A DNA stretch of 62,226 nucleotides, taken from contig CAZNZR010000001.1 of the NCBI GenBank assembly GCA_964577655.1, positions 1-62,226 on the forward strand. Direction: 5' to 3'. Positions 38,124 through 47,597 of the stretch are shown piece after piece. This DNA is from an uncultured Candidatus Saccharibacteria bacterium. Lineage in GTDB: Bacteria; Patescibacteriota; Minisyncoccia; Phycocordibacterales; UBA5272. Both the position numbers and the translations under genes were made by a program. The notes beneath the pieces were generated by a model that saw only the letters and a program-made list of their open reading frames with translations, did no database searches and was not told the origin of the DNA. Numbering within the stretch: the first letter of the stretch is position 1; every line of letters starts with the position of its first letter.

Positions 38124-38510
38124 TTATTTTATATTCTTTAAAGCGCTCTCAAGGCATTTGTAAGAAAGTAGCGCACAATTTGCTCTAGATGGAGATATTT
38201 TTACCCCTAAAAGATCATAAATCACTGCGGGAGTCCAAAGCTTCAAGTCTTGAACTGAAAGCTTATCATTTTTTATTTTTTCTGTCATCATACTCATTCC
38301 GGCTTGAGATATAGCGCAGCCATTACCACTCCAAGACACTTCCCTTACCTTTTCATTTTCTATATCAAGATAAAGCTCTGCCGAATCTCCACAATCTACA
38401 TTTTCTCCATGGCCAATACAGCTACACACAGGAAAATCTTTCTCTATTTTATTTTTAGGATTTCTATAATGCTCCAATATATTCTCTTCGTACAAAAAGT
38501 CATTGTTCAT
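38124..38510 (-). CDS. sufU: SufU/IscU-type Fe-S scaffold / sulfur acceptor
   Basis: 'ILEHYRNPKNK', 'NVDCGDSAELYL', 'GNGCAISQAGMSMM', 'SRANCALLSYKCL'. Confidence 0.85.
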   Translation of the reverse strand: MNNDFLYEENILEHYRNPKNKIEKDFPVCSCIGHGENVDCGDSAELYLDIENEKVREVSWSGNGCAISQAGMSMMTEKIKNDKLSVQDLKLWTPAVIYDLLGVKISPSRANCALLSYKCLESALKNIK

Positions 38511-38514
38511 AAAT

Positions 38515-39783
38515 TTATTTCCCGAAAATTTCTTTTATTTTTTTAATTGCTTCTATCAAGCTATCAATATCTTTTTCTTCGTTATATACATGAAATGAAG
38601 CCCTGGTTAAGCCAGATGGCACATCAAAATAAGTCATGAGAGGTTCAGCACAATGATGTCCGACTCTGACAGAAATATTATAGCGAGAGAGTATATCAGC
38701 AATATCATGAGGATGAACTTCTTTATCGTTTACAAAAATCTGAAAAGATACTATTCCGACATTACTCTTAGCATCTCTCGCAAAAATATTCACTTTAAAT
38801 TTTTCGTCTTCTAAAGATTTTAGATTTTTAGAAAGATAAGAGACTAGATTCTGAGTATGGTCTAGAGATATTTCTCTTATCCCTTCTAAGAATAGTACAG
38901 CCTCTCCAGCACCTATCACTCCGGCAATATTTGGAGTTCCAGCTTCAAAGACTTTGATATCACTTCTAGGCTTAAAATCTTCTTTCTCAACATGTGATAC
39001 TATCCCGCCACCGACTATACTAGGATTCATATTTCTTGATAATTCTCTTTTTATAAATAACACTCCTACTCCAGTAGGCCCAAAAGCTTTATGGAAAGAA
39101 AAATATCCAGCATCTATATAATTTCTCATTTTACCCATATCTATACTCACATGTCCAAAAGCTGCAGTCATATCAGAAATTATAAAAACTTTAGGATTAA
39201 TCTTTTTTATCTCATCGACCATCTTCTCAAGATCATTGATACCTCCTAGTACATTAGACACTAGCGATATAGATACTATCTTAGTCTTTTCTGACACTAG
39301 ATTCCTAATCTCTTCTATATCTAATTCAAATTTATCATTAAGTTCTAAAAATTTTAATTTTAATTTTTTATTTCTAGCTAATTTTTGAAGTGGTAGTAGT
39401 GAGGAGTGATGTTCGGCAATACTCGTCAATATCTCATCTCCCTCATTTAAGAATTTATATTCGTCATCATGAAGAGATATCATGTCTATTAAGATATTGC
39501 TAGAGCTAGTAGCTCCGCTAGTCCAGATAAGATCTTCTTCGTCGCAATTGAGATAATCTGCCAAAATCTTTCTAGAATTATTGTATTCTTCTGTAGCCTT
39601 CAAAGATACTTTAGAGATAGCTCTATCTATATTACTTCGAAATCCAAAATAATATTCACTCATCTTTTCTACGACAGAGTCTGGCGTCAGAGAAGAAGCA
39701 GAAGAATCTAAATATATTAATTCTTCATTATTTTCTTTTCTATAATTCTCAAAAATTTTAAATTCTTTTTTTATATCTTGCAT
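38515..39783 (-). CDS. sufS: Cysteine desulfurase SufS (class V aminotransferase)
   Basis: PLP lysine 'FSFHKAFGPTGVGVL' and catalytic Cys 'RVGHHCAEP'. Start moved to 'MQDIKKEF' (39783). Confidence 0.9.
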   Translation of the reverse strand: MQDIKKEFKIFENYRKENNEELIYLDSSASSLTPDSVVEKMSEYYFGFRSNIDRAISKVSLKATEEYNNSRKILADYLNCDEEDLIWTSGATSSSNILIDMISLHDDEYKFLNEGDEILTSIAEHHSSLLPLQKLARNKKLKLKFLELNDKFELDIEEIRNLVSEKTKIVSISLVSNVLGGINDLEKMVDEIKKINPKVFIISDMTAAFGHVSIDMGKMRNYIDAGYFSFHKAFGPTGVGVLFIKRELSRNMNPSIVGGGIVSHVEKEDFKPRSDIKVFEAGTPNIAGVIGAGEAVLFLEGIREISLDHTQNLVSYLSKNLKSLEDEKFKVNIFARDAKSNVGIVSFQIFVNDKEVHPHDIADILSRYNISVRVGHHCAEPLMTYFDVPSGLTRASFHVYNEEKDIDSLIEAIKKIKEIFGK

Positions 39784-39906
39784 ATTTATGAAATTAAAAA
39801 TTCTCAAGCATTCCATGAATTATAATAGCTGTTTTCATATTTAAGTATTATACACTAATTATCTAAGAAATACACCCAAGGCTTTATTGGGGCGAAAAAT
39901 AAAAAA

Positions 39907-40305
39907 TTATACTAATAATTTTTTTATCTCTTCTATTGAAAATTTTACTTCTTTAGCAAAATTGAATCCCTTATTATCTGTTAAAGGAATCAGATGGACA
40001 TGTACATGAGACACTTCTAACCCTTCTATTCCAATAAAGATTTTCTCAAAATTTAATTTGTCTTTTAATTTTTCTTCCAAAATCTTTGCTACCTTTTTAG
40101 CTGTTAGCATTAATTCTAAATATTTCTCCTCACTAAGATTAAAAATATAATCCTCCTCTTTTTCTTCCTCTTTGAATTTAGGAACAACTAAAGTGTGTCC
40201 ATCTCGTACAGGATTGATATCAAGAAAAGCAATAAAATTCTCATCTTCATAAAAGATATCAGCCGGAATTTCTCTGTTTATAATTCTAGTAAAAATAGAA
40301 GACAT
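39907..40305 (-). CDS. HIT-family (histidine triad) nucleotide hydrolase
   Basis: 'EIPADIFYEDENFIAFLDINPVRDGHTLVVPK' and the triad 'HVHVHLIP'. Start set to 'MSSIFTR' (40305). The upstream 35 codons of the track ORF are the antisense reading of tRNA-Tyr. Confidence 0.85.
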   Translation of the reverse strand: MSSIFTRIINREIPADIFYEDENFIAFLDINPVRDGHTLVVPKFKEEEKEEDYIFNLSEEKYLELMLTAKKVAKILEEKLKDKLNFEKIFIGIEGLEVSHVHVHLIPLTDNKGFNFAKEVKFSIEEIKKLLV

Positions 40306-40311
40306 ATTTTG

Positions 40312-40395
40312 TGCGCCGGGCAAGATTTGAACTTGCGTAGCCCGAAGGGCGACAGATTTACAGTCTGTTGTAATTGACCACTCTACCACCGACGC
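40312..40395 (-). tRNA. tRNA-Tyr (anticodon GTA), type II with long variable arm
   Basis: Hand fold of the reverse complement. Acceptor GCGTCGG/CCGGCGC (one G-U) plus A. Anticodon stem ACAGA/TCTGT with loop CTGTAAA. Variable arm GCCC-ttc-GGGC. T arm GCAAG-TTCAAAT-CTTGC. Confidence 0.9.
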
Positions 40396-40449
40396 ATACC
40401 AAAAAATCAATTTAAATATAAATATTTTAATTAATTTCTTAGTTCTGAA

Positions 40450-40458
40450 ATTATATCA
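40450..40458 (-). promoter_or_regulatory. Extended -10 element TGaTATAAT upstream of tRNA-Tyr
   Basis: The minus strand reads TGATATAAT, about 55 nt upstream of the tRNA 5' end. The -35 is weak. Confidence 0.35.
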
Positions 40459-40470
40459 TAAAATTAAAAT

Positions 40471-40500
40471 AAAACAAAAAGACCGGCTTTCGCCTGGTCT
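40471..40500 (-). terminator. Intrinsic terminator after ORF 40522..40971
   Basis: On the minus strand: AGACCAGGCG-aaag-CCGGTCT followed by TTTTTGTTTT. Confidence 0.6.
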
Positions 40501-40521
40501 TATTTAATTAGTCGCTCTCTT

Positions 40522-40971
40522 TCAGTTTTTCTTGGGAAGAAGAGATTTTAGAAAAGAAAAAATAGTCTTTTTGTCTAATTCTGAAAACTTTTTTTCATCA
40601 GAAAACTGAGGGAGATCAGAAAGTTTTTTCCCTAAAGCTTTCTGTACTTCTTCTATTTTCTGCCTATACTTCTTTGGATGATGCTCTAAATGTGAGAAAT
40701 ATTTTTCCAAAAGCATTGGAGCATATCTTTCTTTTATCTCTTTAGAATAAAGACTAAAAAATAATTCCTCAAAAACATGTAAATGTTCATAAAGAAAAGT
40801 CTTTCTTTCTCCTCTTCCAAAAACGAGTTTATCGATAAAAAAAACTAGATACTTATCTTTGTCTTGCGACTTTTTAATATCTTTAAAAAGCATAAGAGTC
40901 CTAGACTTAAAAAGCTCTGGGAACCCTCTTTCGAGATAAGTCTCTAGCATTGCCGAACGAACTTTGTTCAT
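40522..40971 (-). CDS. Hypothetical protein (149 aa, helical)
   Basis: Intact ORF with its own terminator and no recognisable motif. It is the only CDS I checked that ends in TGA. Confidence 0.5.
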   Translation of the reverse strand: MNKVRSAMLETYLERGFPELFKSRTLMLFKDIKKSQDKDKYLVFFIDKLVFGRGERKTFLYEHLHVFEELFFSLYSKEIKERYAPMLLEKYFSHLEHHPKKYRQKIEEVQKALGKKLSDLPQFSDEKKFSELDKKTIFSFLKSLLPKKN

Positions 40972-41063
40972 CTTAAAAATTTTTTTAAAATTAAAAAATA
41001 AATTGCCTAGTCCAGTATAACATAAAAATAAATATTAGTCAAAGAAATTATTATTTCCAGTTA

Positions 41064-43760
41064 TTATTTTTTAAGAACTCTTTTAAGATATTGTCCAGTA
41101 TAAGACTCCTTCACATTAGCAATATATTCTGGAGTGCCTTGAGCTATAATCTTTCCTCCATTAACACCGCCTTCTGGGCCAATATCAATAACATGATCTG
41201 CGCTTTTTACTATATCTAAATTATGTTCTATTAATACTATTGTATTGCCATGATCGACTAATTTATTCAAAATGTGAAGAAGCTTTTTCACATCTTCGTA
41301 ATGAAGACCGATAGAAGGCTCATCAAGAAGATAAACAGTCTTCTCTGTGTGCTTACGATAAAGCTCACTAGAGATCTTAACTCTCTGCGCTTCACCCCCT
41401 GAGAGTGTAGTAGCGCTTTGGCCAAGCTCGAGATATCCAAGACCTACATCAGAAAGACTCTTTACTCTATCATACACAGCAGGTATATCTACAAAAAATT
41501 TTAAAGCTTCTTCAACTGTCATTTTTAAAATATCATAAATATTTTTATTTTTATATTTTACTTCTAATGTCTCTTTCATAAATCTCTTCCCATTACACAC
41601 ATCACAAGTCACATATACAGTCGGCAAGAAATGCATCTCTACAGCTATCTCTCCATTTCCTTCACAAGCTTCACATCTACCACCCTTTCTATTAAAAGAA
41701 AATCTTGAGTGAGTCCACCCTCTTATTCTCGCCTCTTCTGTATTAGCAAACAATTCTCTTATCGGAGTCCATGCTCCAGTATATGTTGCTGGATTACTTC
41801 TTGGAGTACGGCCAATTGGTGATTGGTCAATCATCACCACACGAGAAATATATTCTGTCCCGCTAATATCTTCACAATTATAAACTTTAGCAGTACGATA
41901 TTTTCTCTCGAGTCTAGCTAATAGATTTTTATAGAGAATCTCATACATGAAGCTACTCTTACCAGATCCTGATACACCAGTCACCACATTGAATTTTCCA
42001 AGAGGTACCTTCACATTCATATTTTTAATGTTGAACACATTTCCATTTTTAATAGATATGTGGGCACCATTACCTTCTCGTCTTTTTTTAGGAACTTCTA
42101 TATTCTCTTCGCCTCGCAGATACGCTAGAGTTAATGATTTTGATTTATTTGTCTTAGCTGTCAATAAATCTTCTAGATAGTCTGCGACTATTATCTCTCC
42201 TCCATGAACTCCTGCTTTTGGACCTATATCAACTATATAGTCACTCGCAAATATAGTATCTTCATCATGCTCCACAACTATAATAGTATTACCCATATTA
42301 CGAAGTTGTGTGAGGGTTTTTATAAGTCTATCATTATCTCTCTGATGAAGACCGATGGTTGGCTCATCAAGCACATATAGTGCTCCGACTAACTTGCTAC
42401 CTAATTGTGATGCAAGACGAATTCTCTGTGCTTCTCCTCCAGAGAGTGTATCGGCTTTTCTATTGAGAGCAAGATAATTGAGCCCCACATTAAGCATGAA
42501 TTCGAGTCTAGACTCTATCTCTTTTAGGACAACATTAGTTATCTCTAATTCTTTTTTAGTAAAAATATTTTGCAACTTTTCAAAATATTTTTTTGCATCT
42601 TCAATGGATAGATTAGTGACATCTACTATATTTATTCTATCTTCTTTCTTATTTCCTAGAAATACATTAAGCGCCTCTTTACGCAACCTCTTACCTTTAC
42701 AATCTGGACACTCATCTAAAGCTCCAAAATATTTTGTGCCGAGCCCATTACAAGTAGTACATGCTCCATATGGAGAGTTAAAAGAAAATAATCGAGGCTC
42801 TATCTCTGGAAATGAAAATCCACAATTAGAACAAGCAAACTTATTACTCATAATAAATTTTTCTTTTTCACCTTTCTCATTAGTCATTTCTATCTCTACT
42901 AGTCCGTCTGCTTCATGAAGGGCTCTCTCTATAGACTCAGAAAGTCTAACTAGTGAATCTTTTTTGGAAGCTAGAAGCTTTAATTCATCTATCAATATAA
43001 AATCAACAACAAAAGAAATATCATGCTTTTTGGTTTTTGATAGCTCTATCCTTTCTCTTAAATTGTATTTATTTCCATCTATGATTACTTCTTTATATCC
43101 TTTGCCGAGCATATCATAGAGCATTTGATAATACTCGCCTTTTCTACCGCGGACCACAGGAGCTAATATTCTTACTCCTAGATCTGAAAACTTTATTCCT
43201 TGAATACTCTTCACTTCTTTCTCGAATTTGCGATAATCAATCTTTTTTACTTTTTCCAAAATAAAATTAATTATTTCTTCATTAGATAATTTCTCTATCT
43301 TTTGACCACACTCAGTGCAATAAGGTTTGCCAACTCTAGCATAGAGTACACGAAGATAATCATATATCTCTGTAATAGTAGCTACTGTACTTCTCGGATT
43401 CCTGCCTGCGCTCTTTTGATCAATAGAAATAGCTGGCGAAAGACCGACTATCTCATCTACATCAGGCTTTTGCATCTGATTTAGGAACTGCCGTGCATAC
43501 GCTGAGAGACTCTCAACATATCTTCTTTGTCCTTCTGCAAAAATAGTATCGAATGCTAATGAGCTCTTTCCACTACCAGATAGACCAGTCATCACTATCA
43601 TCTTGTGACGTGGCATCTCTACAGTAACATTTTTTAAATTATGAGTTCTCGCACCACGAACAATAATCTTATCAAGATCTTTCTGTTCTTTTCCTTGTCC
43701 TGCTACAGCTTTAGCGGAGGAGGATTTAGATTTTACTTCTTTTTCTGAATTTTTTGACAT
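41064..43760 (-). CDS. uvrA: Excinuclease ABC subunit A
   Basis: Two ABC modules ('GLSGSGKSSLAFDT', 'GVSGSGKSSFMYE', two 'LSGGEAQR' signatures) and Zn modules 'CSNCGFSF...CTTCNGLG' and 'CEACEGNG...CDVCNGKR'. Confidence 0.95.
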   Translation of the reverse strand: MSKNSEKEVKSKSSSAKAVAGQGKEQKDLDKIIVRGARTHNLKNVTVEMPRHKMIVMTGLSGSGKSSLAFDTIFAEGQRRYVESLSAYARQFLNQMQKPDVDEIVGLSPAISIDQKSAGRNPRSTVATITEIYDYLRVLYARVGKPYCTECGQKIEKLSNEEIINFILEKVKKIDYRKFEKEVKSIQGIKFSDLGVRILAPVVRGRKGEYYQMLYDMLGKGYKEVIIDGNKYNLRERIELSKTKKHDISFVVDFILIDELKLLASKKDSLVRLSESIERALHEADGLVEIEMTNEKGEKEKFIMSNKFACSNCGFSFPEIEPRLFSFNSPYGACTTCNGLGTKYFGALDECPDCKGKRLRKEALNVFLGNKKEDRINIVDVTNLSIEDAKKYFEKLQNIFTKKELEITNVVLKEIESRLEFMLNVGLNYLALNRKADTLSGGEAQRIRLASQLGSKLVGALYVLDEPTIGLHQRDNDRLIKTLTQLRNMGNTIIVVEHDEDTIFASDYIVDIGPKAGVHGGEIIVADYLEDLLTAKTNKSKSLTLAYLRGEENIEVPKKRREGNGAHISIKNGNVFNIKNMNVKVPLGKFNVVTGVSGSGKSSFMYEILYKNLLARLERKYRTAKVYNCEDISGTEYISRVVMIDQSPIGRTPRSNPATYTGAWTPIRELFANTEEARIRGWTHSRFSFNRKGGRCEACEGNGEIAVEMHFLPTVYVTCDVCNGKRFMKETLEVKYKNKNIYDILKMTVEEALKFFVDIPAVYDRVKSLSDVGLGYLELGQSATTLSGGEAQRVKISSELYRKHTEKTVYLLDEPSIGLHYEDVKKLLHILNKLVDHGNTIVLIEHNLDIVKSADHVIDIGPEGGVNGGKIIAQGTPEYIANVKESYTGQYLKRVLKK

Positions 43761-43833
43761 TCTATTATCATAACATTTTTGTCTATATTTTTGAAGACTA
43801 ATGTAGTACTATCTTCTTCAATAAAATTAGAAT

Positions 43834-43862
43834 TTGACAAATATATAAATATATTATAAACT
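43834..43862 (+). promoter_or_regulatory. Candidate promoter for the ClpP-like gene (TTGACA-N17-TAAACT)
   Basis: TTGACA at 43834-43839 and TAAACT at 43857-43862, 44 nt upstream of the ATG. Confidence 0.4.
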
Positions 43863-43905
43863 ACATACAGTAAACAATTATTCTTTAAAATAAAACAAAT
43901 TAATA

Positions 43906-44571
43906 ATGAAACTAGGAAAACTTTTTACACTATTTAAAAAGATCTTTTCTAAATTGGTGTTCCATTCTTATAAAGGAAAAATCTTTAATAGTGCGTCAGA
44001 AAGAAAAAAGCTTTTTGATTTACTATCTCCATTAGGAGTATTCCCAATCAATTATGAACTTTCTGAATCCACTATAAACGAACTCAGGCATGCTATTACA
44101 TTATCAATAATGAAATATAATCATAAAACAATATATTTACTTATTGATTCTGGTGGTGGTGGAATTAACACAACATTTAAATTTTATGATTTTCTGAAAG
44201 GTTTAAATTCTGTAAAAATTGTGGGCATAGTAAATGGAAAATGTATGTCTGCTGCAATACTAATTCTTGCTGCTTGTCATAAGAGATTATCTTTCGAACA
44301 TAGCTCCTTTTTGTTACATGGAATAAGAAAAGAAAAAGTCTCCATAAGCAGCTTATCAAAAAATCTTGATGAAATATTTGCAAAAGAAAAAGAAAGCTTT
44401 AAAGAAATGTTTTCTTTTTATGATTCTACTATTCTTTCTAGCTTCCCTATTTCAGCACATGATTATCATGAATTTTCACATGACGGGAATGAATTTGAAA
44501 GACTTTTCCATAGCAAAAAAGCATTGGAGCTTGGTATTATAGATGAAATAATTCAAAAATTTCCTTTTTAG
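43906..44571 (+). CDS. Divergent ClpP/crotonase-fold serine protease-like protein
   Basis: 'IYLLIDSGGGGINTTFKFYDFL' aligns with ClpP 'IYLYINSPGG..AGMSIYDTM'. 'GKCMSAAILILAA' supplies the Ser and 'SSFLLHG' the His. C-terminal 'ALELGIIDEI'. Confidence 0.65.
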   Translation: MKLGKLFTLFKKIFSKLVFHSYKGKIFNSASERKKLFDLLSPLGVFPINYELSESTINELRHAITLSIMKYNHKTIYLLIDSGGGGINTTFKFYDFLKGLNSVKIVGIVNGKCMSAAILILAACHKRLSFEHSSFLLHGIRKEKVSISSLSKNLDEIFAKEKESFKEMFSFYDSTILSSFPISAHDYHEFSHDGNEFERLFHSKKALELGIIDEIIQKFPF

Positions 44572-44576
44572 AAATC

Positions 44577-44611
44577 CAAAATCCCTTCGCGTGGTGCGAA
44601 GGGATTTTTTC
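44577..44611. terminator. Strong bidirectional intrinsic terminator
   Basis: AAAATCCCTTCGC-gtggt-GCGAAGGGATTTTTT, lying between the convergent genes 43906..44571 (+) and 44659..45288 (-). Confidence 0.75.
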
Positions 44612-44658
44612 TTTGGTCAAATTTTATTGATCAAATATATTTAATAAATTAAAAAATA

Positions 44659-45288
44659 TTACTTTGTCTCGAGACTTCTAAAAATATCTTTAGCTAGATT
44701 TTGAGATACTTCATCAGTCGCTTTTACATTTTCTACTATAGCGAGCCAAGTCTCTCCTCCTTCATTCTTCACAGACTTTAGATAATATTCAGTATTTGAA
44801 CTTTCATCTAATACATACTTCATATCAGAAGCTTCTTCGCCTGTAAACTCTAGACTCTGAACTTTAAGAGTTGTAGATGCTGCACCTAAAACTTCTTTGA
44901 TATAATCTTCTACTGTATATCCCCTTCCCCCTTCATAAGTAAAGTAAAGAGTTACAAAATTATTTTTTTCTACATCAAAAGCTTTGAACCAATTCATTTG
45001 CTTTCCTGTACCTCTCTCTACCTTCATATCTTTTGGATATAAAAAGGAGAGATTAAGTATCCACTTTCCTTCAAAGACAGCTTCTACTTTATCTTCGAAT
45101 TTAATATAGTCGGACTCATTGGCTAGATCTACCTTCTCTAAAAGAGAAGATTCTGAGTCTTTAGATTTTGAGGACTTTAATGAAAAACCTTTATAATTGT
45201 CGAGAACTCTCCAAAGAGCCAAGATTACAACTATTAAAATAAGTATAATAATTATTAATTTTCTATTCTTTTTGTAAAATGATTTCAT
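44659..45288 (-). CDS. Hypothetical membrane-anchored (extracytoplasmic) protein, 209 aa
   Basis: N-terminal 'KLIIIILILIVVILALW' anchor followed by a mixed alpha/beta soluble domain. No motif recognised. Confidence 0.55.
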   Translation of the reverse strand: MKSFYKKNRKLIIIILILIVVILALWRVLDNYKGFSLKSSKSKDSESSLLEKVDLANESDYIKFEDKVEAVFEGKWILNLSFLYPKDMKVERGTGKQMNWFKAFDVEKNNFVTLYFTYEGGRGYTVEDYIKEVLGAASTTLKVQSLEFTGEEASDMKYVLDESSNTEYYLKSVKNEGGETWLAIVENVKATDEVSQNLAKDIFRSLETK

Positions 45289-45380
45289 ATTTGTATTTAA
45301 TAAATAAAATTATTTATTGCTTTTAAGTTTAGCATATTTAAGAAAAATCTAGTATTTACAAGCTTATTAAAGATGGTATT

Positions 45381-47444
45381 CTATTTTTTAGTATTTTTAT
45401 TTTTTAAGTATTTAATCTCATCTCGTAGTATAGCCGCCGTCTCAAAATCTAGCACTTTTACTGCTTCTGCCATTTGTTTTTCTTTTAATTTAATTAATTT
45501 ATTTGGATTCTTTTCAAATAATTTTCTATCTGTAGATAATTCTAATTCTACACTTTTTTCATGATCTTTTTTGAGAGCTTCTGTGATATCGTGAATATTT
45601 TTTGAAATAGTCTTGGGAGTAATATTGTGCTTTTTATTATAAGCTAGCTGAGTAGTCCTTCTTCTTTCTGTCTCACCTATCGCTCTCTCCATTGAGCCAG
45701 TCATCCTATCGGCATAAAGAATTACTCTCCCGTCTACATTTCTTGCTGCTCTTCCTATAGTCTGAATAAGAGAAGTCTCACTTCTTAGGAATCCTTCTTT
45801 GTCGGCATCTAGAATGCCTATCAATGATACTTCTGGAAGATCTAGACCTTCTCTTAAAAGATTTACTCCGACAAGACAGTCAAATTCTCCTTTTCGGAGT
45901 CTAGTCAAAATCTCTATTCTTTGTAGTGTCTCTACATCACTATGAAGATATTCTGCTTTTATCTTTCTCTCTCTTAGATATTCCGCTAGACTCTCAGCCA
46001 TTTTTTTGGTCAAAGTTGTAGCCAAGACTCTTCTGCCAGCTTTTATTTCTTTTTCTGCTTCTTTTATAAAATCAAAAATTTGCCCAAGATACTTTCCTTT
46101 TTCTATGACTGGCTTTACCTCTAATTTTGGATCTATTAGACCTGTTGGGCGAATTATCTGCTCTATTATCTCATTAGAATTATTTCTCTCATATTCTGCT
46201 GGAGTTGCAGATACATATATTACATCGTTTATTTTTTTCTCAAATTCGTCATACTTAAGCGGTCTATTATCTTTTGCAGAAGGTAGACGAAATCCAAAAT
46301 CTACCAAAGTCTGCTTCCGAGCTTGATCGCCGTTATACATAGCTCTAAGTTGTGGAAGAGTCACATGACTTTCATCTATCACAGTTAAAAAGTCTCTACC
46401 ATTTGCAGAAAAATATTCGAGTAAAGTATCTGGCGCTTCACCTTCCTTTTTATTTGAAAAATGTCTACTATAATTCTCTATTCCAGAGCAATAGCCGAAC
46501 TCTTTTATGCTAGCAAGATCATATTGAGTCCTTCTTTTTAATCTTTCTATTTCTAGTAATTTATTATTTCCATTTTTTGTTTCTTTTTCTAATTCCTTTA
46601 TTCTTAATTTAAGTTCTGCTTGTATAGACTTTATAGCTCTATCTTGAGCAATCTTGTCTGAAATAAAATGCTTTGCTGGGAATATAAAATAATCTTGTAC
46701 CTCTTCTATCTCCCTCATTGATACTGGATCTGTCACTACGAGTCTATCTATAACTCCATTCTGAATATCAATCTGTAACATGAGTGTATCACTCATAGGC
46801 ATGATATCTATCCTATTACCGATAGTCCTGAATGTACCACTTGATAGATCGGCATTTGTCCTCTCATAATGTATCTCCACAAACATTTTCATCAGATCTA
46901 CTTTTGATATTCTCTGACCTACATAAAGCCTCTTATTAACTTTTTCATATTCTACTGGACTACCAAGTCCATATATACAAGATACAGAAGCAACTATTAT
47001 CACATCGTCACGAGTGAGTAGAGATTGAGTACTAGCATGTCTTAGCCTATCTATCTCTTCATTTATCTGAGCATCTTTTTCAATATATGTATCTGTCATG
47101 GGTATGTATGCCTCTGGCTGATAATAATCATAATAAGATACAAAATAATGCACTGTATTTTCTGGGAAAAAGGTCTTGAATTCTTGAGCGAGTTGAGCAG
47201 CGAGAGTTTTATTGTGAGCAATAACTAAAGTAGGCTTTTGAATTTTCTCTATCACATTCGCAATAGTAAAAGTCTTTCCAGTACCTGTAGCGCCTAGTAG
47301 AGTTAGTTTTTTCTTGTTATTCGTGGCGTTACGCGAAGAATGATTATTCTCTAGACTTTTTACCAATTCTAATATAGCCTTTGGCTGATCACCTGCTGGC
47401 TTCATATTTGAGACTATTTTAAATTTATTGGATTTATTTATCAT
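45381..47444 (-). CDS. uvrB: Excinuclease ABC subunit B
   Basis: 'PAGDQPKAI', Walker A 'GATGTGKTFT', 'DESHVTLPQ', helicase motifs 'LVGVNLLREGLDLPEVSL' and 'QTIGRAARN'. C-terminal UVR domain 'MAEAVKVLDFETAAILRDEI'. Confidence 0.95.
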   Translation of the reverse strand: MINKSNKFKIVSNMKPAGDQPKAILELVKSLENNHSSRNATNNKKKLTLLGATGTGKTFTIANVIEKIQKPTLVIAHNKTLAAQLAQEFKTFFPENTVHYFVSYYDYYQPEAYIPMTDTYIEKDAQINEEIDRLRHASTQSLLTRDDVIIVASVSCIYGLGSPVEYEKVNKRLYVGQRISKVDLMKMFVEIHYERTNADLSSGTFRTIGNRIDIMPMSDTLMLQIDIQNGVIDRLVVTDPVSMREIEEVQDYFIFPAKHFISDKIAQDRAIKSIQAELKLRIKELEKETKNGNNKLLEIERLKRRTQYDLASIKEFGYCSGIENYSRHFSNKKEGEAPDTLLEYFSANGRDFLTVIDESHVTLPQLRAMYNGDQARKQTLVDFGFRLPSAKDNRPLKYDEFEKKINDVIYVSATPAEYERNNSNEIIEQIIRPTGLIDPKLEVKPVIEKGKYLGQIFDFIKEAEKEIKAGRRVLATTLTKKMAESLAEYLRERKIKAEYLHSDVETLQRIEILTRLRKGEFDCLVGVNLLREGLDLPEVSLIGILDADKEGFLRSETSLIQTIGRAARNVDGRVILYADRMTGSMERAIGETERRRTTQLAYNKKHNITPKTISKNIHDITEALKKDHEKSVELELSTDRKLFEKNPNKLIKLKEKQMAEAVKVLDFETAAILRDEIKYLKNKNTKK

Positions 47445-47597
47445 TACTAAATGATATCAAAAAAAGACAAATAAAAAAAGAAGATGAGCTCCTTGAACAA
47501 TTCTAAGACAAAATCAACCTTAAAAATATTTAAAAGTTAATCAATAAGAACAATTTAACTAATTAACACTATTCTTTTGTGGATTAAAAGTCAATCT

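Noticed and set aside
40306-40410. N-terminal 35 codons of track ORF 39907..40410 ('MIFWYASVVEWSITTDCKSVALRATQVQILPGAQN')
   Set aside because: This stretch is the antisense translation of a well-folded tRNA-Tyr(GTA) gene (40312-40395). The HIT homology begins at the internal Met (40305).
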